A DNA stretch of 64,000 nt from Planctomycetota bacterium (GTDB lineage Bacteria > Planctomycetota > B15-G4 > SIAN01), in the NCBI GenBank assembly GCA_031409275.1, contig JANNXA010000024.1, forward strand, positions 32,001 to 96,000, given 5' to 3'. The notes under the pieces were generated by a model. It had not been told where the DNA came from and did not search any database. It saw only the letters and a program-made list of their open reading frames with translations. The position numbers were made by a program, and so were the translations under genes. Shown here one piece after another: positions 40,737 to 50,417 of this stretch. Within the stretch, counting starts at the first letter, position 1. Each line of letters starts with the position of its first letter.

Positions 40737-41657
40737 TCACCCCGCCACCGTCCGCAGCTTCCTGAAGAGCTCGTCGAGCGCGCGCCGCAGCTCCGCGAAC
40801 TCGCCGGGGGCGAGGTCGTGCTGATCGCTGCCGCCGCGCCGTGGCTGGCGCACGACGTGCGAGTCATCACGGTCGATGGACAGCTCGAAGAGCACCTCGC
40901 CGTCTCCGCGCGCATCGAAGCCGTGCGCCTCGCAGAGGAACTCGAAGCGGCCGTCCGAGCAGTTCAGTAGCTGCATCGTGACCACGCCCGCCAGCGGCCC
41001 GCCGTTCCAGCCCGGCGCCGAATTCGCGAGCTGCAAGGTGGCGGTCACCTCGATCGACTCGCACTCACGCGTCGATTCCGAAGAGCCGCGCACGACCTTG
41101 TCGCTCCACGTGGCGCACGCGATCCGCAGCCGGCTCTCCGGTGCGCCGGGCTCCGGGCCGATCTGGCGTGCGCCCTCGATCCACGGCGCGTTCGCGAGCC
41201 CCGTCGCGTCGATCAGCGCGAGCAGCGGGGCGAAGAGCTGCGTCGGATCCTCGGCCACCTGCTCGCCGTCGAGCAGGACCTCGGCAAGGTCGCGCCAGAG
41301 GATCGCGTGGACGAGTTCGTTGGCCGCGAAGTGGTCGGCGAGCTGGCGCCGCCGCGGATCGCCCGCGCGCGCCTCATCACGCGCCGCAGCGAGCTCGCCA
41401 CGCAACCGTTCGATCTCCGTTTGCAGACGGGCGTTCTCCTCCTCGAGCAGCGAGTTCGCGTCGGCTCGACGCGCCGCGGGCGCCGAACCGGAGCGTTCGG
41501 GGCGCTCCGCCGCGACGGCCGCATCCCGCTGACGCTCCGCGCGCCATCTCGCTTCGTGAGCGGCACGCAGCTCCTGTTGCGATCGGTTCCTCATGGCGAG
41601 GCCGACGACGACGAAAAGCACCACGAGGAGTGCTGCTGCTTTGCTCCCGTTGCTCAT
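40737..41657 (-). CDS. Hypothetical protein (N-terminal TM helix plus coiled coil)
   Basis: 306-aa ORF filling the gap between the aminotransferase and tgt genes. Confidence 0.7.
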   Translation of the reverse strand: MSNGSKAAALLVVLFVVVGLAMRNRSQQELRAAHEARWRAERQRDAAVAAERPERSGSAPAARRADANSLLEEENARLQTEIERLRGELAAARDEARAGDPRRRQLADHFAANELVHAILWRDLAEVLLDGEQVAEDPTQLFAPLLALIDATGLANAPWIEGARQIGPEPGAPESRLRIACATWSDKVVRGSSESTRECESIEVTATLQLANSAPGWNGGPLAGVVTMQLLNCSDGRFEFLCEAHGFDARGDGEVLFELSIDRDDSHVVRQPRRGGSDQHDLAPGEFAELRRALDELFRKLRTVAG

Positions 41658-41710
41658 TCCAGGCTCCCCGATCCCGCGGCGGCGTCGCTTCGCCGCTACA
41701 TTGCCGCGCC

Positions 41711-42811
41711 ATGATCTCGCTGCCCACTCCGCACGGCACGCTCGCGCTGCCCGCTTTCCTGCCCGATGCGACGCGCGGCGTGGTGCGGACCGTCGATGGC
41801 GCCGACCTGCGCGCCGTCGGCATCGAGGCGCTGTGCGTCAACACGTGGCATCTCGCCAAGGAGCCAGGCCCGCGCGCGATCGAGAAGCTCGGCGGGATCC
41901 ATCGCTTCATGGGGTTCGACGGGCCGGTCCTCTCCGACTCGGGCGGCTTCCAGGTGTTGTCGTTGCTGGCGAGCGGCGCGCTCGACGGCTCGGCCAGCAA
42001 CAAAGGGATTCGCTGGAAGGAGAAGGGCGCCGAGGGGGAGCTGCTCACGCCCGAGAAGTGCATCCGCTGGCAGGCGAAGCTCGGCGCCGACCTGCTGGTC
42101 TGCCTCGACCACTGCACGCGACCGGAAGAGGCGCCTGAAGCGCAGCGCGCGAGCGTCGACCACACGGTGCGCTGGGCGGAGGAGTGCAAGGCGACGCGCG
42201 ATCGGATCGCGCAGGAGAGCGGCGTGCGCCGGCCGCTGCTGGCCGTGATCCAGGGCGGCGACGACGTCGCGCTGCGACGCGAGTGCGCGCAGCGGCTCTT
42301 CGAGATGGACTTCGACGGCTACGCGTTCGGCGGCTGGCCGGTGCGCAGCGACGGGACGCTGGTGGCGAGCGTCGCGCAAGTGGCCGCGATGGCGCCGCAC
42401 GATCGGCCGCTGTGGGGGCTGGGCATCGGCAAGCCGGAGAACCTCGTCGCCGCGGCGGCGCTCGGCTACTCGCTCTTCGACTGCGTGCTGCCGACCCGTG
42501 ACGCGCGCCAAGGCCGGATCTGCATCCGACTCGGCGGGCCGGCGCGCGCCGACAACTCGCCGCGCTGGTGGGACTACCTCTACCTCGCCGACACCAAGCA
42601 CGCGGTCGACGATGCGCCGCTCGAAGAGGGTTGTCCGTGCCCGACCTGCGCGCGCTGCTCGCGCGGCTACCTCCACCACCTCGCGACCGTGAACGAGTCG
42701 CTGGTGCTGCGGCTCGCGACGCTGCACAACCTCTCCTTCTACGCACGGCTGATGCGCGAGCTGCAAGCGGCGCGCGTGGAGCCGACCGCGCGCGAGATCG
42801 CGACGCCGTGA
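41711..42811 (+). CDS. tgt: tRNA-guanine transglycosylase family protein (atypical pocket)
   Basis: DSGGFQ, LDHC, IQGG, FDCVLPTR.AR.G, Zn site CPCPTC...HN. Confidence 0.88.
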   Translation: MISLPTPHGTLALPAFLPDATRGVVRTVDGADLRAVGIEALCVNTWHLAKEPGPRAIEKLGGIHRFMGFDGPVLSDSGGFQVLSLLASGALDGSASNKGIRWKEKGAEGELLTPEKCIRWQAKLGADLLVCLDHCTRPEEAPEAQRASVDHTVRWAEECKATRDRIAQESGVRRPLLAVIQGGDDVALRRECAQRLFEMDFDGYAFGGWPVRSDGTLVASVAQVAAMAPHDRPLWGLGIGKPENLVAAAALGYSLFDCVLPTRDARQGRICIRLGGPARADNSPRWWDYLYLADTKHAVDDAPLEEGCPCPTCARCSRGYLHHLATVNESLVLRLATLHNLSFYARLMRELQAARVEPTAREIATP

Positions 42812-43692
42812 CGTCGATGCCAGCGCCACCGTCGCTGGTCGCGGCGCTGCGCCAGTCGCGCAAATACAAGGACGTCGCGGAGGCGGTGCTCCAGCGCGTC
42901 GCGGCGGAAGCGTGGGCGATCGAGGGGCGCGAGGCGGACGCGGTGAAGCGCGCCAAACGGGCGCTCCACCAGCTCCACTCCGCGTTCGTGCAGGAGCGCG
43001 AACTCGACGACGCCGAGGCCGCCGTCGCGGCGCTCGAACACGAACGCGCAGCGGCGCGCGCCGCCGGCAGCGACCTCCCTGCGGAGCGACTCGAGGCGAC
43101 CTGCCGCACGGTGCTGGCCTGCCACGCGTCGACGCGCGAGCGGCTGACGCAGCTCGCCGCGCTCGGCCGCGAGCTCACGGCACGGATCGGCCCGCCGCAA
43201 AGCCTCCTCGATCTCGGCTGCGGTTTGCATCCCTTCGCGCTGCCGTGGATGGCGCTGCCGCGCGAGATGCCCTACCACGCCCGCGAAGCGGACGCGCGGA
43301 TGGCAGGACTCGTCGGCCGCTTCTTCGCGAGCGTCGGCCAGGCGGGCAGCGCGGCGCCGCTCGATGTCGTGGCCGCCGCCGTCGGAGAGAGCGAGCTGCC
43401 GCGTGCCGACGTGGCGTGGCTCTTCAAGCTGCTGCCGACGCTCGAACGGCAACGAGCCGGAACCTCCGCTCGACTGCTGACGCGGCTCGAACGGCTCGAC
43501 GTGCGCGCGGTCGTCGTCTCGTTCCCGACGCGATCGCTCGGCGCGCGCGCGAAGGGGATGGACGAAGCGTACGGCCGCTTCGCCGACGAACTCTTCGCCG
43601 GCACCGCGTGGCGCACGACCCGCTTTGAACTCGGCGACGAGCTCTTCGTCGTCGGCCAACGGGCGCGCAGCGAAGAGAAGACCGCAGACTGA
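42808..43692 (+). CDS. ArmA/Rmt/Sgm (FmrO)-like 16S rRNA m7G1405 methyltransferase homolog
   Basis: KY, K.ALHQ..SAF, HASTRERL, LDLGCGLHP, FKLLPTLERQ, VSFPTRSLG.R.KGM...Y, EL; GTGA overlap with tgt. Confidence 0.85.
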   Translation: MTSMPAPPSLVAALRQSRKYKDVAEAVLQRVAAEAWAIEGREADAVKRAKRALHQLHSAFVQERELDDAEAAVAALEHERAAARAAGSDLPAERLEATCRTVLACHASTRERLTQLAALGRELTARIGPPQSLLDLGCGLHPFALPWMALPREMPYHAREADARMAGLVGRFFASVGQAGSAAPLDVVAAAVGESELPRADVAWLFKLLPTLERQRAGTSARLLTRLERLDVRAVVVSFPTRSLGARAKGMDEAYGRFADELFAGTAWRTTRFELGDELFVVGQRARSEEKTAD

Positions 43693-43720
43693 TCCGCCGC
43701 GACGCGACGGCGCCTAGCGC

Positions 43721-46700
43721 TCACTCGAAGCGTGCGAGCTCGAGCGTCGTGGTGGCGCCGGCAGGGAGAGCGAGCTCACCCGTGGCGATGCGCTTCGCAG
43801 CGGGAAAGCCGCTCGCCGCGGTCCATGTCGCGCGCCAGCGCAGCCGCCCCGCCGGTCGCGTCGACTCGGCGACGACGCTGCCCATGCGATCGGTCGCCAC
43901 CTCCGTCTCGCGCGCGAGCGGTTCGTCGCCGTTCGCCAGTTCGATCAGAAGCCGGCCCGGCGCGAGCGCCTCGCCGATCCGCCACTCGATCCGCGCCGAC
44001 GGCTGCAGTTCGAGCGGCAGTTCGCGCCGCTCGCCCGATTGCAGGACCACCGTCGCCGAAGCGTGCTCGCCGTCCCCTTCGACGTAGAGGCAGATCGGCA
44101 AGCCGACCGGCAATCGCCCCAACAGGAACCGTCCCTCGTCATCGATGTGCGCGCAACCGTCGGTGACGTCGCTCTGCGGACGTCCGCTCGCATCGATCTG
44201 GTGACCACCGTCCTGGGGGTTGTTCGTGTCGGGCCGGACCCACAGGAACCAATGCACCTCGCCACGGACCGGCTGCCCGCCGCGCATCAGCTGGCCGGCG
44301 ATCTGCGCCGGCTCCCCCACCGTCCAGTCGAGCGCCAGCTGCTGATCGGGCTGCTCGATTCGGAAGCGCAGGACCGCGCGTCGGCCGTCGCTGAAGTCGC
44401 CGCGCAGCTCCCAATCGCCAGGAAAGAGCGCGTCAACGACGATCTTCCCGCTCGAGAGCTGCGCACCCGGCCGCGAGTGGACGTAGTTGGAGCGCGGCCA
44501 GGCGAACGCGCGCACCGGCGTCAGCGCCGCGCCGCTCGCGCCGTCACGCACCGTGATGACGGCGCGCGCCGTGGTCGCCGGAAGGCGCTGCAGCACCACC
44601 ACGACGTCGTCGCCGGCGCGCACTCGCTGCGGGAAGGGGGCGATGCAGCCGTCGACCGGTTCTGCGAAGAGCGTGAAGCGCAGGTCGCTCACCCCTTCGA
44701 CGACGAAGCGCCCCTGCGCGTCGGTCGGCTGCGTCGCGCGCAGCTGGACGTAGTTCTGTTGCTGCGGATCGAGCGCCTCGACGTGGACGACCACCCCCGC
44801 CTGCGGCGCCCCGCCGTCGTCGATGACTCGCCCGCGCACCTGCCCCGCGCGCATCAACGTGAAGTCGAGCGGCAGCTCCTCGCGCACGCGCGCCACACCA
44901 TCGGCGCCGACGACTCCCGATGAGTCCGCGTCGATCGTCGTGATCCGCCCGCGCACCCAGTCGCCGGTCGCACCGAAGTCGCCGGGCGCGAAACCGTCGG
45001 CCGTCGCCTTGCCGTCGAGGTCGCCGATCGGCCCCTCGCGATCGCTCGTCGCATAGTGCCCTTCGGCGTCGCTGGTCGTCGGCTCGAATCCCGCGATCGC
45101 CACCGTCGCGCCGGCGATCCCGCCGCCGCGCTCGTCGACCACGCGCCCGACCACGCGATGGACGGTCGGCGGCCGCAGCTCGACGATCACCTCGTCCTCG
45201 CGGCCGCGTGCGACGCCAAGCGACCGCACGACCGGCCGCCACCCCTCCGCCATGACGTACAGCCGATAGCCTCTCGAACTGCTGGAGAGGTTCTCGAGCA
45301 GCGGCTCGTCGCGCCCTTCGATCAGCGAGTCGAAGACGACCGAGCCCGCCTCGTCGGTCACGCCGCGGAAGAGCGCCTTCCACGGCTCGCGCGCGATGGA
45401 GGGGAGTGGCGGCTCGTCGTTCCCGAAGTGGCGCTGCCCGAAGGGCGGGAAGGTCGGGTAGGCAACCACTTCGGCGTCGGAAACCGGTTCGCCAGCAGGC
45501 GTCACGACGCGCACACGCAACCGCGCCGGCGGCTCGAGCGCGACCTCGACGTCGACCTGCTCTGCCTCGCCGGCAACCCGGAAGAGGGCGTAACCGATGC
45601 GACCGGCGCCCAGCGCGAAGAGCACGGCGGCCGAGTGTTCCGTCGTCACCGGTTCGCTCAGCTCGAACCGGCCATCGCCATCGCTGGTGGCGACCGGGCG
45701 AGCGCTGTCGGGACCGAAACGATCCGAGCCGACGTAGCTGTTCGCGCGCAGATGGAGCGTCGCTCCCGCCACCGGCGTGCGCTCCGGCAACTGCACGACG
45801 CGACCCACGACACGCGCCCCGACCGACAGCTCGATGCGGCCGAGATCGACGATCGGCACGTTGTCACGCTGCGTGGAACGGCGTCCGTCGAGTTCCAGGT
45901 GGACCCGCTGCGGCGCATCGACCGAGCCGTCGAACCAGTCGCGCGCCACGCGTTCGAGCGTCGCCGCAACGCGGCCATCCGCTCCGCTCACGAGCTCCGT
46001 CACGCGCTGCTCGAGCGTCGCGCCCTCCGCCGCGGAACCGGCGAACCACCGGAGCTCCACCGTCGCATCGCGAAGCGGCGCCCCGCCGCGTGCATCGACC
46101 ACGACCCCGACCACGGCGATCCGCTCGAAGAGCGCAGCCGCGCCGCGACCCTCCGCACTCGCTTCGCGCCGCTGCGCCTGCGGGGCATCGGCCGGCGCCG
46201 GCACCGGTGATGCCGGCATGCCATCGCTAGCGCCGCTCGAAGAGGCGTCGGCTGGGAGCGCGGCGTTCGCCACCGAATCGGCGTTCGGCGACGGCGCCCG
46301 CCGCGGCTCGACGACGAAGTGCCAGGTCGCGAGCACTGCGACCAGCACTCCCGCCGCCACTGCGCTCTTGGTTGCCGTCCCCATCGCCGTCGCTCCCATC
46401 GCCAACGCAAGCCCGCCCCATTGGTCGCGCGTGCCGTAGCGTGAATCGAGGTCGCCGCGCAACCGCGCGAGCCCGCGCTTCAGCCGCGTGCGCACCGTCT
46501 CGACCGGGAGCCCGAGCTGCACCGCGATGGTCCGCGGCGGCTGCCCGTCGAAGTAACGCAGGAGCACGACGCGGCGGTGCGGCTCATCGAGCCGGAGCAG
46601 CGCCTCGGCCAGCGCACGCTGCAGCTCGACCTGTGCCACCAGGTGGTCGGCGGCCGGCTGCGCCTCGCGGCGGGCGACGCTGCGCTCGCGAGCGACACGG

Positions 46701-46933
46701 GCGGCGCGCCGCACGCGACGCCGCGCGGCGAGGTTCTGCGCGATGCGCCGCAACCAGCCACCGGCGCGCGTCGCATCGCCGGGTGGATGGAGCCACGCGG
46801 CGAGCTGCGTCTCCTGAACCAGGTCCTCGGCGTCGCCGTCGTCCGCAAGCGAGCGCGCCAACGCCAGCAACTCGCGGCGGTCGCCGAGCAGCTGATCGAC
46901 GTCGAGAGGTGCATCGGAATCGGGAGGGGTCAT
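43721..46933 (-). CDS. ECF sigma-70 factor fused via a TM helix to carboxypeptidase-regulatory-like repeats
   Basis: AEDLVQET, WLRRIAQN, VLLRYFDG..IA..LG.PVETVRTRLKRG, TM helix, then repeated GRVVD / TD..GRF. Confidence 0.88.
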   Translation of the reverse strand: MTPPDSDAPLDVDQLLGDRRELLALARSLADDGDAEDLVQETQLAAWLHPPGDATRAGGWLRRIAQNLAARRRVRRAARVARERSVARREAQPAADHLVAQVELQRALAEALLRLDEPHRRVVLLRYFDGQPPRTIAVQLGLPVETVRTRLKRGLARLRGDLDSRYGTRDQWGGLALAMGATAMGTATKSAVAAGVLVAVLATWHFVVEPRRAPSPNADSVANAALPADASSSGASDGMPASPVPAPADAPQAQRREASAEGRGAAALFERIAVVGVVVDARGGAPLRDATVELRWFAGSAAEGATLEQRVTELVSGADGRVAATLERVARDWFDGSVDAPQRVHLELDGRRSTQRDNVPIVDLGRIELSVGARVVGRVVQLPERTPVAGATLHLRANSYVGSDRFGPDSARPVATSDGDGRFELSEPVTTEHSAAVLFALGAGRIGYALFRVAGEAEQVDVEVALEPPARLRVRVVTPAGEPVSDAEVVAYPTFPPFGQRHFGNDEPPLPSIAREPWKALFRGVTDEAGSVVFDSLIEGRDEPLLENLSSSSRGYRLYVMAEGWRPVVRSLGVARGREDEVIVELRPPTVHRVVGRVVDERGGGIAGATVAIAGFEPTTSDAEGHYATSDREGPIGDLDGKATADGFAPGDFGATGDWVRGRITTIDADSSGVVGADGVARVREELPLDFTLMRAGQVRGRVIDDGGAPQAGVVVHVEALDPQQQNYVQLRATQPTDAQGRFVVEGVSDLRFTLFAEPVDGCIAPFPQRVRAGDDVVVVLQRLPATTARAVITVRDGASGAALTPVRAFAWPRSNYVHSRPGAQLSSGKIVVDALFPGDWELRGDFSDGRRAVLRFRIEQPDQQLALDWTVGEPAQIAGQLMRGGQPVRGEVHWFLWVRPDTNNPQDGGHQIDASGRPQSDVTDGCAHIDDEGRFLLGRLPVGLPICLYVEGDGEHASATVVLQSGERRELPLELQPSARIEWRIGEALAPGRLLIELANGDEPLARETEVATDRMGSVVAESTRPAGRLRWRATWTAASGFPAAKRIATGELALPAGATTTLELARFE

Positions 46934-47011
46934 CGCCACCACGCTACGGCCGGGATCTGGGGTCGATCCGTCGACGCCCAACCACTCCACGCCGCCGGTG
47001 GCGAATCGGGT

Positions 47012-47458
47012 TCAGCTCGCTACGACGGGAGCGGCGGGCTTCTGCGCAACGGGACGTGCAGACCCGGCGACGCCCCAGCCACCGGACCGAAACGTCGCCA
47101 GCCACCAGAACTGGAAGAGGACCACGTGTGAAGCACGGCCAGGTTCGTCGAACTGCCAGAAGCCGAATGCGATCGCGCCCCACATCGCCACCACGAGCAG
47201 CAGGCTGATCCGACGCGCCGCAGCGGCCCAGCGCGGCCTCGCCTGCACGCGCGGCAGGAGCCACGCGGAGATCCACCAGATGGAGAGCATGAGCGCCGCG
47301 ACGATCGCGACCGGGAGCGTGATCCAGCGCACGAGCCGCAACGATCGCGTGAAGAGCGCCGTGAGCAGGAGCCCGATCATGATCGGGACGGAGATCGCGA
47401 CGCTGATCGCGATGCCGGGATTGCGCTCGAACCAACCGGAGGAACGCGAGCGGCTCAT
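47012..47458 (-). CDS. Small hypothetical membrane protein
   Basis: Three hydrophobic segments; ATGA overlap with the upstream ORF. Confidence 0.6.
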   Translation of the reverse strand: MSRSRSSGWFERNPGIAISVAISVPIMIGLLLTALFTRSLRLVRWITLPVAIVAALMLSIWWISAWLLPRVQARPRWAAAARRISLLLVVAMWGAIAFGFWQFDEPGRASHVVLFQFWWLATFRSGGWGVAGSARPVAQKPAAPVVAS

Positions 47459-47991
47459 CGCGGCGCCTCCATGCTCTGCCGCAGCCAGCGCCCTTGTCCC
47501 GCCGCCCCCACCCAACGCACCTGCTCGACGCGAACTCGATGGAGCGACGTCAACGCGAGGAGATCGACCACGAGGGCGCCCTCGCCGGCGTTCGGCGGCG
47601 CGACGAGGCGGCGCGTTCGATGGTCCACGAGCGCCTCGCCGAACTGCGGGACCGTCGCGAGGCCGACATAGAGCGCTAGGCAATAGAGGCCGCCGCGCTG
47701 CGCGATCGGCAAGAACCAGGCGTCATCGCCCTCCGGTGGTGGCGCGCGCCAGTGGCGGAGCAGCTGAACGAAGAGCAGCGAAGCGATCGCGCCCGCGACG
47801 ACGGCAATGATCGGACCACGCGGGAGGAAGAGCGAGTCGATGCCCTCCCAACGCGGCGAGGCGGGATCGATGCAGATCCAGTACGCGAGCCACGGAACCA
47901 CGGCGATCGCGACGGCCGCGACGGCCCGCGCGGGCAGTCGTCGCCGTCGAGTCGTCGCCGGGGCATTCGGCGCGGAAACGGTTGCATCCAT
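47455..47991 (-). CDS. Hypothetical membrane protein
   Basis: Three hydrophobic segments in ORF 47455..48099; start at MDATV chosen. Confidence 0.55.
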   Translation of the reverse strand: MDATVSAPNAPATTRRRRLPARAVAAVAIAVVPWLAYWICIDPASPRWEGIDSLFLPRGPIIAVVAGAIASLLFVQLLRHWRAPPPEGDDAWFLPIAQRGGLYCLALYVGLATVPQFGEALVDHRTRRLVAPPNAGEGALVVDLLALTSLHRVRVEQVRWVGAAGQGRWLRQSMEAPR

Positions 47992-48038
47992 GCCGTCGCA
48001 GGATCGCAGTGCCCGCCCGAACTCACAAGCGCTGACGC

Positions 48039-48147
48039 ACCTCGCCGGTAGCGACCTCGCCGGTAGCGACCTCGCCGGTGGCGGGGATCTTTCCACCACC
48101 TCGGTGCGCCGATGGCCGGTGCGCAGGTGGCGGGGATCTTTCCACCA
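48039..48147. repeat. Three 15-bp tandem repeats plus two 22-bp direct repeats
   Basis: ACCTCGCCGGT(A/G)GCG x3 at 48039-48083; GGTGGCGGGGATCTTTCCACCA at 48077 and 48126. Confidence 0.85.
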
Positions 48148-48180
48148 GCGATCGATCCCCGTCCATCGGCCGCGCGCTCC

Positions 48181-49668
48181 TCAGGGCAGCACGACCAGCT
48201 TCACGGCGTTGCTGAGCGCGACGCCCTTCGGCTGCGCCGCGTCGAGGATCAGCGCCTGCACGTAGATGTCGACGGGGCCACCACCGCCTTCGAGATCGTC
48301 GAGGAGGAGCGAGCCGGAGGCGTCGGTCGCAAACGGCAGGAAGAGCTCGAGGCCCACTGGCACCAGGAAGCCGCCCTTGAACGGCGTCGGCGCGAAGGTC
48401 AGCGACGCCGCGATCCAGGCCGGCCGATTGGCGGCGGCGCCGGTGACCAGGAGATCGGCGAAATTGCCGCTGGCGAATGGCTCGCCGCAAATGGTGAGGT
48501 GCGCATGGCCGGGCCCGCCGTAGCCGAGATCCTGCTGGCAAACGCGGACGTTGTTCTCGAGCACGGAGATGTCGTCGCTGCCTTCGTTGAAGGTGATCAG
48601 CTCGACGTCACCGTCGCCGTCGAGATCGACCGCCAGCATCTCCGGGCACTCGGGATTGCTGCCGACCGGGTACTCGATGCCGCGGTTGAAGATGCCGATG
48701 CCGGCGTTGCGCATCACCGAGACATCGTTCGATCCGGCGTTGCAGGTCGCCATGTCGATGATGCCGTCGAGGTCGAAGTCGCCAGAGCAGCAGCCGGTGG
48801 TGTCGACCCCCTTGAATGCGCCGTTGATCGGCCCGATCCACGGGTTGCCGCCGTTGTAGCGCAGGTACACCTGCGGCGCCTCGAAGACGCTGCCGCGCGA
48901 CACGGAATAGAAGTCGAGGAATCCGTCGCGATCCATGTCGGCCATGCCCAGCCCATGCGGCTTGAGCTGCGTGCCGTAACCGAGGTCGATCAGGAACTGG
49001 AACGTCCCATCGCCGCGATTCTCGTAGACGCGAACGAGATGGTCGTCGCGCGACGTCGCCGCCAGATCGGGGATGCCGTCGCCCGTGACATCGCCCGCCG
49101 TCACATCGCGCGTCTCGGTCCCGATGGCATAGAAATCAGCGGCCAGGAAGCCACCCGCTCCATCGCTGAGGAGCACGGCGACGTCGCCGGCGCCGCGCTC
49201 GTTGATGGCGAGGTCGAGCCAACCGTTGCCATCGAAGTCGATGGCGACGACCATGCTCGGCTCGAAGCCGAGCGGGAAGGTCGCACCCGGCGTGAAGGTC
49301 CCGTCCCCATTCGCGAGGACGAGCTGCAGCTCTTCGGCGCCGAAGAGGACGACCGCAAGGTCGACGTCGCCGTCATGGTCGAAGTCCCCGATGGTGACGC
49401 CTTCGGGATTGCTGTCGCTGGCCAACGCGAGGAGGAGCGGCGGTGCGAAGGTGCCGTCGCCGAGGTTGCGCAGGAAGGCGAGCTCGTCGTCGCCGCGACC
49501 GGAAACGATCACATCGAGGAAGCCGTCCTCGTCGTAGTCGAGCGCTGCGCCGCCGGACGGCCGGCTGAGCGCTGGGTAGTGAACGGCCGGCGCGAAGTCG
49601 ATCTGAGCGGAGGCTGTGGCCGCGAGGCCCAACAGCAGCAACGGCAATCCGGCAACAACACGCTTCAT
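48181..49668 (-). CDS. Secreted FG-GAP/VCBS repeat protein
   Basis: Signal MKRVVAGLPLLLLGLAATASA; about seven D.D.DG..D repeats; C-terminal YVQALILD..ALSNAV domain. Confidence 0.9.
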   Translation of the reverse strand: MKRVVAGLPLLLLGLAATASAQIDFAPAVHYPALSRPSGGAALDYDEDGFLDVIVSGRGDDELAFLRNLGDGTFAPPLLLALASDSNPEGVTIGDFDHDGDVDLAVVLFGAEELQLVLANGDGTFTPGATFPLGFEPSMVVAIDFDGNGWLDLAINERGAGDVAVLLSDGAGGFLAADFYAIGTETRDVTAGDVTGDGIPDLAATSRDDHLVRVYENRGDGTFQFLIDLGYGTQLKPHGLGMADMDRDGFLDFYSVSRGSVFEAPQVYLRYNGGNPWIGPINGAFKGVDTTGCCSGDFDLDGIIDMATCNAGSNDVSVMRNAGIGIFNRGIEYPVGSNPECPEMLAVDLDGDGDVELITFNEGSDDISVLENNVRVCQQDLGYGGPGHAHLTICGEPFASGNFADLLVTGAAANRPAWIAASLTFAPTPFKGGFLVPVGLELFLPFATDASGSLLLDDLEGGGGPVDIYVQALILDAAQPKGVALSNAVKLVVLP

Positions 49669-49898
49669 CGAGGATCTCCAGGAATCGAGCAGCAGTGCAG
49701 ACGCGCGGCGGCGCCGTTCGACAACGGCCGCCGTGCGATCGCGGAGCCGTCGCAACGTCAGTGCCGGGGCCGATTCCCCGTCCGACGCCCCGGAGCCGCT
49801 CGCGCCGCTTTGTGCCGAGCGCCCCGTCGCTCCCGCTTCCATCCACGATCTGGACCGTTCTGTCCAAAGCGGCGTGGGATCGGGCTCGCCGTGGTGTC

Positions 49899-50417
49899 AT
49901 GGTGCGCGTGGACCTCGAATCGACACTGCTCGCCACGTTTCGCGCGACTCTGCCCGACCTCTACGCCTTCGTGGCGCGACGCGTCGGCGGCGAGCGAGCG
50001 TTGGCGGAGGACCTCGTCCAGGAGACGTGGCTGCGCGCCGTCGACACGTGGCGCAAGCGAGGGGCGCCGCGCGAGCCGATCGCGTGGCTCAAAACGACCG
50101 CGCGCCACCTCCTGCTGAACCACCTGCGAACGCAGAGTCGCCGGCCGACCGTCGCGCTCGACCGCGATCCGCTGGCCGGCGATCCAACGGGAGCCGCAAA
50201 CGTCTGGTCGAGCGATGACGCGGCGCGAGTGCAGTGGGGTCTCGCCCGACTCGGCAGCGGCGACGCTGAACTGATCGAAGCGTTCCACCTGGAGGGCCAC
50301 TCGACGCGCGAACTGGCGCAACAGCGCGGCCTGAGCGAGCGGGCCATCGAAGGACGATTGCATCGAGCGCGCGCCAAGCTGCGGCGCCTGTTGGGCACGA
50401 ACGGAGCGACGACATGA
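49899..50417 (+). CDS. ECF RNA polymerase sigma factor
   Basis: LYAFVARR, AEDLVQETWLRA, WL, ELA...GLSERAIEGRLHRAR. Confidence 0.9.
   Translation: MVRVDLESTLLATFRATLPDLYAFVARRVGGERALAEDLVQETWLRAVDTWRKRGAPREPIAWLKTTARHLLLNHLRTQSRRPTVALDRDPLAGDPTGAANVWSSDDAARVQWGLARLGSGDAELIEAFHLEGHSTRELAQQRGLSERAIEGRLHRARAKLRRLLGTNGATT

Noticed and set aside
48077..48147. Two 22-bp repeats with a 27-bp spacer as a mini-CRISPR
   Set aside because: Only two short units, no leader and no cas genes.
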